Origin: an uncultured Pelagibacteraceae bacterium
Lineage (GTDB): Bacteria; Pseudomonadota; Alphaproteobacteria; Pelagibacterales; Pelagibacteraceae
Assembly: GCA_902593235.1 (NCBI GenBank)
Contig: CACJHS010000001.1
Location: 23,162 to 87,161, forward strand
DNA: 64,000 nucleotides
Direction of reading: 5' to 3'
Position numbers and translations under genes: made by a program
Shown: positions 41,787-50,399 of the stretch, piece after piece
Layout of the letters: every line of letters starts with the position of its first letter
Position numbering within the stretch: position 1 is the first letter of the stretch
The notes under the pieces: generated by a model
Told to the model about the DNA's origin: nothing
The model's database searches: none
What the model saw: only the letters and a program-made list of their open reading frames with translations

Positions 41787-41888
41787 CCAAATTTTTTAAA
41801 TAAATTCGAAGTATCTATTTTTTATATATAATTTTTAGTTCTATAAAAAATTATATTAATTACCCCTACCAAAAAATAATGTTTTGGC

Positions 41889-43217
41889 ATGACGACATTA
41901 CCTTCGAAAGCAAAAGTAGTTATCATCGGTGGTGGAATTCACGGACTAAGTACTGCATGGAAACTTTCTGAAACATATAAAAATCCTGGTGACATAATTG
42001 TATTAGAAAAAAAAGATACTGCAGCAGGTGCAAGCGGAATTGCTTGTGGTGTTGTAAGAAATAATTATTTCCAACCAGCAATGAGAGAGTTAATGGCTCA
42101 CTCAGTTTCAGTTTGGGAGAGTGATCCTAAAGCATTTAAATATAATCCAGTAGGTTATTTACAAATTTCTCCTGAAGTAATGCATGAGGATGTTGCAAGT
42201 ATTTATGAACAACAAAAAGCAATTGGTTACGAGTCAGTTTTTATTGAAGGTGAAAAAGATTGTTCAAATTATATGAAGGGTATTTTTGATGATTGGCAAG
42301 CACAAGGCATCACTTCAATACTTCATGAAAAAAAAGGTGGATACGCATTTAATAAAGATTCAATTAAAGCACTTGAAAGTAAATCTACATCAAACGGTGT
42401 TCAGGTTATGAAAGGTGTAAAAGTAACAGGATTTAAAAGAGGAAGTAACAGTCAAGCTGTTACAGGAGTAGAAACAGATAAAGGTACAATTGAGTGCGAA
42501 CAGGTTGTTATCGGCGCAGGTCCATGGGCGAGAGATTTTTGGAATATGTTAGAGTTACCTAAAACGGCTAACATAAAAGGCAAAGACGGTAAAATGCATG
42601 TGACAGATATGTGGACTTACTGGATGTTACAAGAGGGTGTTATTGGCGTTGAGCCAGATTTTCTAAAAACAAATGACGGAAAACAACCTCCTGTGGTTCA
42701 TGTAGACTCGACTGCTCCGTTATATTCAGACAAAACTAAAAAATTATTAACAGATAAAATTTGGGGAATTTATTATAAACCTGATATTGAAGGTTTGGGT
42801 GTACAAGGAGGAACTTCTCCTTACATAGTTAAAAAACATTTTGATGAAGTAAATGTTGATCCTTATGGAATTGAGTCACCTGAATATCAAACAACAGACG
42901 CATTTAGTGAAATGTGGTGTTCAGCTTTAGCGCATTGTCAAAAAAGATTTGAAGGTAAATCAGATTTATATAGAAAAGGACCATCGGGTGGACTTGGATG
43001 TATGACACCAGACTCGTTTCCAATCTTTGATAGATTTTTTGAAAACGTTTACATGATTGCAGATGCCAATCACGGTTACAAAATGATTGGAGTTGGAGAA
43101 CTTGTTGCAAAAGAAATTCTTGGTACTGAGAGTGATTTATTGAAGCCGTTTAGATTCAACCGTTACGAGAAGGGTGAACTTCATCCTACTTCGAACAGTC
43201 CGTTCCCTTGGAGCTAG
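41889..43217 (+). CDS. FAD-dependent oxidoreductase (DAO/monomeric sarcosine oxidase-like)
   Basis: VVIIGGGIHG, GASGIACGVVRNNY, GAGPW, TPDSFP, HGYKM. Confidence 0.88.
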   Translation: MTTLPSKAKVVIIGGGIHGLSTAWKLSETYKNPGDIIVLEKKDTAAGASGIACGVVRNNYFQPAMRELMAHSVSVWESDPKAFKYNPVGYLQISPEVMHEDVASIYEQQKAIGYESVFIEGEKDCSNYMKGIFDDWQAQGITSILHEKKGGYAFNKDSIKALESKSTSNGVQVMKGVKVTGFKRGSNSQAVTGVETDKGTIECEQVVIGAGPWARDFWNMLELPKTANIKGKDGKMHVTDMWTYWMLQEGVIGVEPDFLKTNDGKQPPVVHVDSTAPLYSDKTKKLLTDKIWGIYYKPDIEGLGVQGGTSPYIVKKHFDEVNVDPYGIESPEYQTTDAFSEMWCSALAHCQKRFEGKSDLYRKGPSGGLGCMTPDSFPIFDRFFENVYMIADANHGYKMIGVGELVAKEILGTESDLLKPFRFNRYEKGELHPTSNSPFPWS

Positions 43218-43281
43218 ACTCTAAGCCTAGACACAAATAAAATTTTCAGCTACGCTTGAATAAATTATAATTCATTGAGGG

Positions 43282-44757
43282 GTGAAAATGACGGATCTAG
43301 AAAAACATGTTAACCAGCCAGGTAGAGCAAAACTAGTAAAGAAAGTTCGAGAAAAAATTAACGAACTTGGAATAACTTATATTTATTATCAATTCATTTC
43401 TGTAACAGGTAGAGTTGTTGGTAAAGGTATACCTGCTGATCACTGGGAAAGAACAGCAGAAAAAGGATTTCAATTAGTTTACGGTGCTACTGCAAACTTG
43501 TTCTTAGATCGTCATAATAATTACATAGGATATGGACCAGAAGCTATGGAGCTTGTTGGAATACCTGATCCTGAAACTTTTGTTCAGTTACCATGGGATA
43601 AAAGAGTTGGAAGAGTATTTGTAACTTGTTTTAGAAACAGAGAAGAAAGAGTAAATCCAGGTGGTCATTTAACTTCAGATTGCAGAGGAAATCTAAGAAT
43701 TTTCATGGATGAATTTAAGAAAAAACATGGTCTAGAATTAAGAGTTGGTACTGAGCCTGAAATGATGTGGTTAACAAAAAATGAAGATGGAACACCTACA
43801 GGTAAGGGTTTTTCTAAACCATTCTGTTATCATATTGATCAATTCGAGTCATTAAGACCAGTATTTATGAAGGTAATTGAATACGCAAAAGCCATGGGTC
43901 TTGATATGATTCAAGGAGATCATGAGGATGCTCCTGGCCAATTAGAATTAAACTGGACCTATGATAATGTTTTAAGAAACGCAGATAGATTATCAACCTA
44001 CAGACAAATTTGTGCTCAAGTTGCAAGAGAACATAATTTAATCGCCTGCTTTATGACAAAACCATTTATGGGTGTTTCTGCAAGTGGTTGTCATACAAAT
44101 ATGTCTTTATGGAAAGGTGGAAAAATAAAAGTTAACAAACTTGGAAACAAAACTCTACCAGGTGTAGAAGAGGTATTTAGTTATGTTGAGGGTGGAACTA
44201 ATACTTTCATGCCTGATACAAAAGATATGCAATTACCAGGTAAAATTGGTTTGCAATCAATTGCGGGTATCATGAAGCACTTACCAGCATTAACAGCTCT
44301 TGGTTCTTCAACTGTAAATTCTTATAGAAGATTATGGGATCAAGGTTTTTGGGCACCAGTGTATGCTGACTGGGGATATCAAAACAGAACTTGTGGTTTA
44401 AGAGTTTCTGCTCCAGGAAGATTTGAATATAGATCAGTAGACTCTATGCATAATCCTTATCTATTAGGTGCTGCTTTATTAAAAGCTTGCGACGAAGGTA
44501 TAACTAAAAAAATGAAACCAGCAGCTCCAGAATCTAGAAATATTTATGAAGCTCAAAAAGCTGGTAAAGATGTTAAAAAACTTCCATTAAGTTTAGGTGA
44601 AGCTTTAGATAGACTGGCAGAAGATGAAGTAATCAAATCTGCAATGCCAGATGAAATGTATAAAGTTTTCCATTGGTACAAAAACGATGAGTGGGAAAGA
44701 TTTCTTGGTGCAACGACACAATGGGATCTGGACACTTATCTTGATTGTCTACCGTAG
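43282..44757 (+). CDS. Glutamine synthetase-like gamma-glutamyl ligase
   Basis: GTEPEM, HEDAPGQLE, KPFMGVSASGCH, NRTCGLR, RFEYRSVD. Confidence 0.88.
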   Translation: MKMTDLEKHVNQPGRAKLVKKVREKINELGITYIYYQFISVTGRVVGKGIPADHWERTAEKGFQLVYGATANLFLDRHNNYIGYGPEAMELVGIPDPETFVQLPWDKRVGRVFVTCFRNREERVNPGGHLTSDCRGNLRIFMDEFKKKHGLELRVGTEPEMMWLTKNEDGTPTGKGFSKPFCYHIDQFESLRPVFMKVIEYAKAMGLDMIQGDHEDAPGQLELNWTYDNVLRNADRLSTYRQICAQVAREHNLIACFMTKPFMGVSASGCHTNMSLWKGGKIKVNKLGNKTLPGVEEVFSYVEGGTNTFMPDTKDMQLPGKIGLQSIAGIMKHLPALTALGSSTVNSYRRLWDQGFWAPVYADWGYQNRTCGLRVSAPGRFEYRSVDSMHNPYLLGAALLKACDEGITKKMKPAAPESRNIYEAQKAGKDVKKLPLSLGEALDRLAEDEVIKSAMPDEMYKVFHWYKNDEWERFLGATTQWDLDTYLDCLP

Positions 44758-44789
44758 GTCACAGAAATAGATAGAAAGGGTATAAATAT

Positions 44790-45734
44790 ATGTGTGGGAT
44801 AGCAGGTTTAATTCATAGAGGAAAATCCTCAAATGTTGGAAGCGAACTACAAGGTATGCTTCAAGCATTAAAACATAGAGGAGAAGACTCAACAGGTTAC
44901 GCTTTATATGGAGATACTGATGGTAAAAATTTCATTATGCGTTTTAAAGTGGGTGAAAACGTAGGTGAAGGAAGTTCATCGGTTATGGAAGATGTATCTG
45001 TATATGATGAAAGAAAAAAAATTGTAGACCAAACTCTAGCTGAGATGGGAGCTAAAGTAGTTAAAGAAGAGAGAACTCTTCCCTACTCGCTTAGATATGA
45101 GATTGATTATGATACAAAAGATTTATTAGATTTTTCACAAAGAATTGAAAGTATTCCAGGAGTTGAAATTCTATCTATGGGAAAATCATTAGAAGTAATT
45201 AAAGATCTTGGTAATGCTAAAATGGTCTGTGATAGATATAGCTTAGACAAAGTAGTTGGAACACATGCTATTGGTCATGCTAGAATGGCAACAGAGTCTG
45301 GTGTAGATATTAAATCTGCTCACCCGTTCTGGGGTTATCCATTTAGCGACGTATCTGTAGTACATAATGGACAATTAACTAACTATTGGAATAACAGAAG
45401 AGTTCTAGAAAATAAAGGTATGAGATTTATGTCTGAGTGTGACTCAGAATTAATCGCAGTTTATCTTGCAGAAAAAATGAGAGATGGCGCAACCTTAGAA
45501 GAAGGAATGAAAGAGTCTTTAACTGGTTTAGATGGAGTTTTCACATACTTCGTTGCAACAAAAGACTCATTAGGTATGGCAAAAGACACTATGGCTGCAA
45601 AACCTTTGGTTTTATATGAATCTGACGATTTAGTTGCAATGGGATCAGAAGAAATAGCAATAAGATCAGTTTTACCACAAGAAATCGATACTTATGATCC
45701 TTTTGATGGGGAGGTAAAAGTATGGCAAATCTAA
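44790..45734 (+). CDS. mgsA: Class II glutamine amidotransferase, N-methylglutamate synthase subunit A-like
   Basis: N-terminal MCGIAG nucleophile, HRGEDSTG, GHARMATES, AHPF, HNGQLTN. Confidence 0.8.
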   Translation: MCGIAGLIHRGKSSNVGSELQGMLQALKHRGEDSTGYALYGDTDGKNFIMRFKVGENVGEGSSSVMEDVSVYDERKKIVDQTLAEMGAKVVKEERTLPYSLRYEIDYDTKDLLDFSQRIESIPGVEILSMGKSLEVIKDLGNAKMVCDRYSLDKVVGTHAIGHARMATESGVDIKSAHPFWGYPFSDVSVVHNGQLTNYWNNRRVLENKGMRFMSECDSELIAVYLAEKMRDGATLEEGMKESLTGLDGVFTYFVATKDSLGMAKDTMAAKPLVLYESDDLVAMGSEEIAIRSVLPQEIDTYDPFDGEVKVWQI

Positions 45735-46576
45735 AAACAGTATCTAAAAAGTCAAAAGCCCAATCAATGGGTATGCACACTGAGGTATTAACAGGAAGAA
45801 CTCAGCAAAAATTCTTTAATCCTGATGAAGCAGAAAACTTTTATTACTTTGGCACATACGATGTAGATTTTAATAAAAGAACAGAGCTTGATGTTAAAGA
45901 CATGACAGCACCTGAAGCTAATAAAGAAATCGATAACTTAATGAGTCAAGGATACGGAACAATAGTTATTAAAAACCCTCAAGGTAAACACAGTCTAGGA
46001 GTTGGTATTTTAAATAAACTGAATTTAATTTTTGAAGGAAGTTTAGGGTATTTCGGCATGGGTTCTTGTGATGGTCCAATAGTTAGAATTAATGGAAGAG
46101 TTGGATGGTCATGTGCAGAAAATTTAATGGCTGGTAAAGTAGTGATTGAAAAAAATGCTGGATCTTGTTTTGGTGCGGCAATTAGAGGTGGAGATTTAAT
46201 TTGTAAAGGTAGTGTTGGTGCCAGAACTGGTATTGATATGAAAGGTGGAACTATAATAATTGGTGGTGACGCTGGTGCATTTACTGGTTTCATGATGCAA
46301 AGAGGAAGAATAATTATTCTTGGAAATGTAGGAATAAATTTAGGTGACTCAATGTACGATGGGACAATTTTCGTAGGTGGAGAAATTGGATCATATGGTA
46401 GTGATGCAGTAGACGCTGAGTTAACTAAAAGCGATCAAGATTGGCTAAAAAGAAAATTAAAAGTAGCTGAGATTGGTGAAAATTTTGATGTTAGTAAAAT
46501 GAAAAAAATTGTAGCTGGTAAAAAACTTTGGAATTATGACAATTTGGAACCTACAGAGAAGAAGGGAGCAATATAA
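45722..46576 (+). CDS. mgsB: GXGXG-domain protein (GltB/FwdC family), N-methylglutamate synthase subunit B-like
   Basis: Repeated Gly-rich beta-helix motifs: AENLMAG, GIDMKGG, FMMQRG, LGDSMYDG. Confidence 0.8.
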   Translation: MANLKTVSKKSKAQSMGMHTEVLTGRTQQKFFNPDEAENFYYFGTYDVDFNKRTELDVKDMTAPEANKEIDNLMSQGYGTIVIKNPQGKHSLGVGILNKLNLIFEGSLGYFGMGSCDGPIVRINGRVGWSCAENLMAGKVVIEKNAGSCFGAAIRGGDLICKGSVGARTGIDMKGGTIIIGGDAGAFTGFMMQRGRIIILGNVGINLGDSMYDGTIFVGGEIGSYGSDAVDAELTKSDQDWLKRKLKVAEIGENFDVSKMKKIVAGKKLWNYDNLEPTEKKGAI

Positions 46577-47988
46577 TGCCTAAGAAGAAATCTAAAAAAG
46601 TTAAAAAAAATGGAAAAGGTGTTGGTGGAAAAGCTGATGTCCATGCACATGAAGAAGGTAAAAGAAACAAAAGTTTATTAGGTCATAATGCTATCTTCAC
46701 TCCAGAAGTAATAGACGATATTCATATTAAATCTCAATTAGGAAGATACAGAATGCGAGGAATGGCATTGATGAAAAAAATTCCTACTTTTGATGATTTG
46801 GTTTTCTTACCTGGAACACTAACTAGATTTGTAATCGAAGGTTACAGAGAAAAATGTGAAACAAAAACTGTTATTGGACCAAGATGCGAAAATCCAATTG
46901 AACTAGATATTCCAGTTTATATTACAGGAATGAGTTTTGGTGCGCTTTCTTACGAAGCAAAAACTGCTTTAGCAAGAGGAGCAACAATGGCAGGAAGTGC
47001 TACATGTTCTGGAGAAGGTGGAATGATACCTGATGAAAGAAGATATTCTGAAAAATGGTACTACCAATGTATCCAATCAAGATACGGTTTTAATCCTCAT
47101 CATGCACAATTAGCAGATGGTATTGAAGTATTTATTGGACAAGGACAAAAAGTAGGAATGGGTGGACACTTAATGGGTCAAAAAGTTACTGACCAAGTAG
47201 CTGAGATGAGATCATTGCCATCTGGTATCGACCAAAGATCGCCAGCAAGACACCCTGACTGGCTAGGACCGGATGATTTAGCTCTAAAAGTAGAGGAGTT
47301 AAGACAGTTAACAAAAAATAAAGTGCCTATTCAATTAAAGTTAGGTGCATCTAAAGTTTATGATGATGTTCGTATGGCTGCGAAATGTGATCCAGACTCT
47401 ATTTATTTAGACGGAATGGAAGGATCAACTGGAGCAGGACCACACATTGCTGCTGCTAATACTGGAATTCCAGGAATTGCAGCAATTAGAGAAGCAAGAA
47501 GAGCAATTGATGATGTAGGTAAAACTGGAAAAGTTACTTTAATTTATGCTGGTGGAATTAGAGATGGTGCTGATATGGCAAAAGCTTTAGCTCTTGGAGC
47601 TGATGCAATAGCTATTGGTACTGGATCAATGATTGCATTAAATTGTAATAAAGATATCCCAGAAGCAAACTTTGAAAAAGAAATGGGAGTAAAAGCAGGT
47701 GAATGTTATCACTGCCATACAGGACGTTGCCCAGTAGGAGTTGCTACACAAGATCCTAAGTTAAGAGCAAGATTAAACCCTGATGATGCAGCATTAAGAG
47801 TTTATAATTATCTTCACTCGATGACTTTAGAGGCTCAGCTTTTAGCAAGAGCTTGTGGAAAAACAAATATCCACTCTTTAGAGCCTGAAGATTTAGCTGC
47901 TTTAACATCTGAAGCATCAGCTTTAGCTAAAGTTCCATTAGCTGGAACTAACTACACAGTTGGTGTTGATAACTACCACAAAATATAG
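46576..47988 (+). CDS. mgsC: FMN-binding glutamate synthase family, N-methylglutamate synthase subunit C-like
   Basis: GMSFGALS, SGEGG, GGHLMGQKV, RHPDWLGPDDL, Fe-S motif CYHCHTGRCPVGVATQD. Confidence 0.82.
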   Translation: MPKKKSKKVKKNGKGVGGKADVHAHEEGKRNKSLLGHNAIFTPEVIDDIHIKSQLGRYRMRGMALMKKIPTFDDLVFLPGTLTRFVIEGYREKCETKTVIGPRCENPIELDIPVYITGMSFGALSYEAKTALARGATMAGSATCSGEGGMIPDERRYSEKWYYQCIQSRYGFNPHHAQLADGIEVFIGQGQKVGMGGHLMGQKVTDQVAEMRSLPSGIDQRSPARHPDWLGPDDLALKVEELRQLTKNKVPIQLKLGASKVYDDVRMAAKCDPDSIYLDGMEGSTGAGPHIAAANTGIPGIAAIREARRAIDDVGKTGKVTLIYAGGIRDGADMAKALALGADAIAIGTGSMIALNCNKDIPEANFEKEMGVKAGECYHCHTGRCPVGVATQDPKLRARLNPDDAALRVYNYLHSMTLEAQLLARACGKTNIHSLEPEDLAALTSEASALAKVPLAGTNYTVGVDNYHKI

Positions 47989-47996
47989 AGGTAACT

Positions 47997-48407
47997 ATGC
48001 CAAAGAAAAAAAATAAAAAAATAGTAAAAACAAAAGAGATCAAAGGTCAGTTAGGTAAAAAAAAAGAGACAGCCAGAGAAAAAATGATTGGCCAGTCTAT
48101 CGGTTACAGATATGATGTTAATCTCTTACCAGACTATTCTAAAATAACTCCGTTTCTAAAAAAATATATAGAAGCGATGGGATGGGATGATTTAAATTGG
48201 TTGGAAGATGTACATATGGGTTATGAAGAAGATAGACCTGCTGTATTCTGTAGAAATGCAAATGGTTGGGTTACAATTCCAAAGTCAATTAAACTCCCAA
48301 ACAATCAACAAGATAGAGATATGATTGCTAGAGAACTTTTAGTTAAGTTTCAAATGTCTCCAAAACATCCACTTGTTGATTTGAAAAAAGCTTATTTAAA
48401 ATTTTAA
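47997..48407 (+). CDS. Hypothetical protein
   Basis: 136-aa ORF 8 nt after mgsC with SD GAGG. Confidence 0.75.
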   Translation: MPKKKNKKIVKTKEIKGQLGKKKETAREKMIGQSIGYRYDVNLLPDYSKITPFLKKYIEAMGWDDLNWLEDVHMGYEEDRPAVFCRNANGWVTIPKSIKLPNNQQDRDMIARELLVKFQMSPKHPLVDLKKAYLKF

Positions 48408-48432
48408 TATTTCAATTAAAAGTTGATTTTTT

Positions 48433-48464
48433 TTAAAAACCTAGTGCACAAGCTAGGTTTTTAA
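48433..48464 (+). terminator. 12-bp inverted repeat between mgs cassette and amt (terminator or operator)
   Basis: TTAAAAACCTAG-N8-CTAGGTTTTTAA. Confidence 0.55.
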
Positions 48465-48531
48465 TACTCTTTATGTTTGTATCGAATCATAAAATTTAAT
48501 AGGCTCTCGTAAACTAATATGGAGAGAGAAT

Positions 48532-49932
48532 ATGACTGATCAGTTAGGTGCTCTTACAACCATATTTACGGAATTTTACTACTGGGTGACAGTGGTACTG
48601 ATGTTTTTAATTCACGTCGGTTTCTGTATGTATGAAGTTGGAGCTTCTCGATACAAACACCATCAACATACTCTTATGAAAAATACGATGCTGATACCAT
48701 TGGTAACAGTAACGTGGTTTTTATTTGGTTGGTGGATTTACTGGGCTTTTCCAACAGGACCTGGATTAGCACCATCAATAATGAATGAAAGTGCTGCACT
48801 AGTTACAGATGAATCTGCATTTAGTGCTACATGGTATACAGCAACAAGTGAATTAATGGCTGTTAACTTAGGAGACCATATTTCTGGTGTCTTCTGGGCT
48901 GCCTTTTTACTTTTCTCTTGGACAGCTGCTTCTATCGTTTCTGGAGCTATTATTGAAAGAATTACGACTTTTGCATTTGGTATTTTAGCAATTGCAATTG
49001 GTTCTGTATTTTGGACAATTGATGCTGCATGGGGATGGCACTTCGACGGTTGGATGTTGAAACTTCTAGGATATCATGATGCGTACGCATCAGGAGTAAT
49101 TCACGCAATTGCGGGTGGATTTGCTTTAGGTGTTCTAATGGTTTTAGGACCTAGAATTGGTAAGTTTTCGTCTAGCGGTGAACCAAGAAACATCGGACCA
49201 AGAAATCCTTGGTTAGTAACAGTAGGATTATTTTTAATTTATACTGGTTTCTGGGGATTTTACGCAGCATGTAACATACCTATTTTCGACCTTGGACCTG
49301 AGTATGGTATGGAAGGTATATCTTACTGGACAGCAACTAATATCTACGTAACGCCTACTACACTTAGTGGTATTACATTTAACTTCTTGATGTCATTATC
49401 AGGAGGATTATTAGCTGGATATTGGATTGCTAAAGGAGATCCTTTCTGGACTTACTCAAGTGGTCTAGCAGGTGTGATCTGTGCTTCAGCTGGAAATGAT
49501 TTATATCACCCAATTCAAGCAATGATCATTGGTATGATCGGTGTTGTTATTGCATACAAACTTCATTACTGGGTTGAACGTAAGTTCAAAATTGATGATG
49601 CAGTTGGTGCCGTAGCAGTACATGGTTATGCTGGATTTGTAGGTCTTGTAATTTGTGGTTTTGTCTTAAATGGTTATCCATCATCTGGTTACAGTGTTGG
49701 TGCTATGTGGGACGGAACAACTTATGCAACAATTAATCCATTAGGACAGTTCATCGGAGCATTAATTATGTTCGTTGTTCTTGGACTAATACCAGGCTAC
49801 ATCATAGCTAAAGTTCTTAACGGTATGGGTAAATTAAGAATCCCACGTGAAGTTGAGATAGCTGGATTAGACTATGAAATGATGGAATCTGCTAAAGAAG
49901 ATGAAAAAGCAGTTTCATCTGCAACCAGGTAA
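48532..49932 (+). CDS. amt: Ammonium transporter family protein (divergent Amt)
   Basis: SIVSGAIIER, VIHAIAG, LGPRIGKF, KIDDAVGAVAVHG, LRIPREVEIAGLD. Confidence 0.92.
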   Translation: MTDQLGALTTIFTEFYYWVTVVLMFLIHVGFCMYEVGASRYKHHQHTLMKNTMLIPLVTVTWFLFGWWIYWAFPTGPGLAPSIMNESAALVTDESAFSATWYTATSELMAVNLGDHISGVFWAAFLLFSWTAASIVSGAIIERITTFAFGILAIAIGSVFWTIDAAWGWHFDGWMLKLLGYHDAYASGVIHAIAGGFALGVLMVLGPRIGKFSSSGEPRNIGPRNPWLVTVGLFLIYTGFWGFYAACNIPIFDLGPEYGMEGISYWTATNIYVTPTTLSGITFNFLMSLSGGLLAGYWIAKGDPFWTYSSGLAGVICASAGNDLYHPIQAMIIGMIGVVIAYKLHYWVERKFKIDDAVGAVAVHGYAGFVGLVICGFVLNGYPSSGYSVGAMWDGTTYATINPLGQFIGALIMFVVLGLIPGYIIAKVLNGMGKLRIPREVEIAGLDYEMMESAKEDEKAVSSATR

Positions 49933-49943
49933 AGGAGGAAAAT

Positions 49944-50174
49944 ATGGCTACAGTTACAAACTGGATAGATCACCTTAATAAGCCAGCAGAAGAAGTTGCT
50001 GGTGCAATTTACCCTGGTGCTGGATCTGTTGAAGGCATACTGGTAATCATTGCATTAATCTTATGGGTTGGTTGGCACGTTTTGACTGCAAGAGCTGAAA
50101 GTGATGAACTTTCAAGACTTGCTAGAAAAAGACATAGTGCTAACGATCACAAAAGCAATATTACCGACTGGTAA
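49944..50174 (+). CDS. Small single-TM hypothetical protein
   Basis: 76 aa, strong SD AAGGAGG, one TM (ILVIIALILWVGWH), terminator downstream. Confidence 0.8.
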   Translation: MATVTNWIDHLNKPAEEVAGAIYPGAGSVEGILVIIALILWVGWHVLTARAESDELSRLARKRHSANDHKSNITDW

Positions 50175-50189
50175 TTTAAATTAAAATTT

Positions 50190-50219
50190 GGGCGCTACTT
50201 AAATGTAGCGCCCTTTTTT
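50190..50219 (+). terminator. Intrinsic terminator
   Basis: GGGCGCTAC-N6-GTAGCGCCC followed by TTTTTT. Confidence 0.9.
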
Positions 50220-50232
50220 ATGTTCTAAATTT

Positions 50233-50382
50233 ATGGAAGATAATAAAGAAGAATTAAGACCCTCAAAAATGAGAGGTGTAGCATTTCCTAAAGCTAAGTA
50301 TGGTGTGATACTAGCTATAATTGTAATTATTGTTGTAAATTTAATTTATTATAAAGAAACAATTTTATCTTTTTTTAAATAA
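50233..50382 (+). CDS. Small single-TM protein (49 aa)
   Basis: MEDNKEELRPSKMRGVAFPKAKYGVILAIIVIIVVNLIYYKETILSFFK; fills the gap before gmaS. Confidence 0.55.
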   Translation: MEDNKEELRPSKMRGVAFPKAKYGVILAIIVIIVVNLIYYKETILSFFK

Positions 50383-50399
50383 TTATGTTAACTTAGGTT

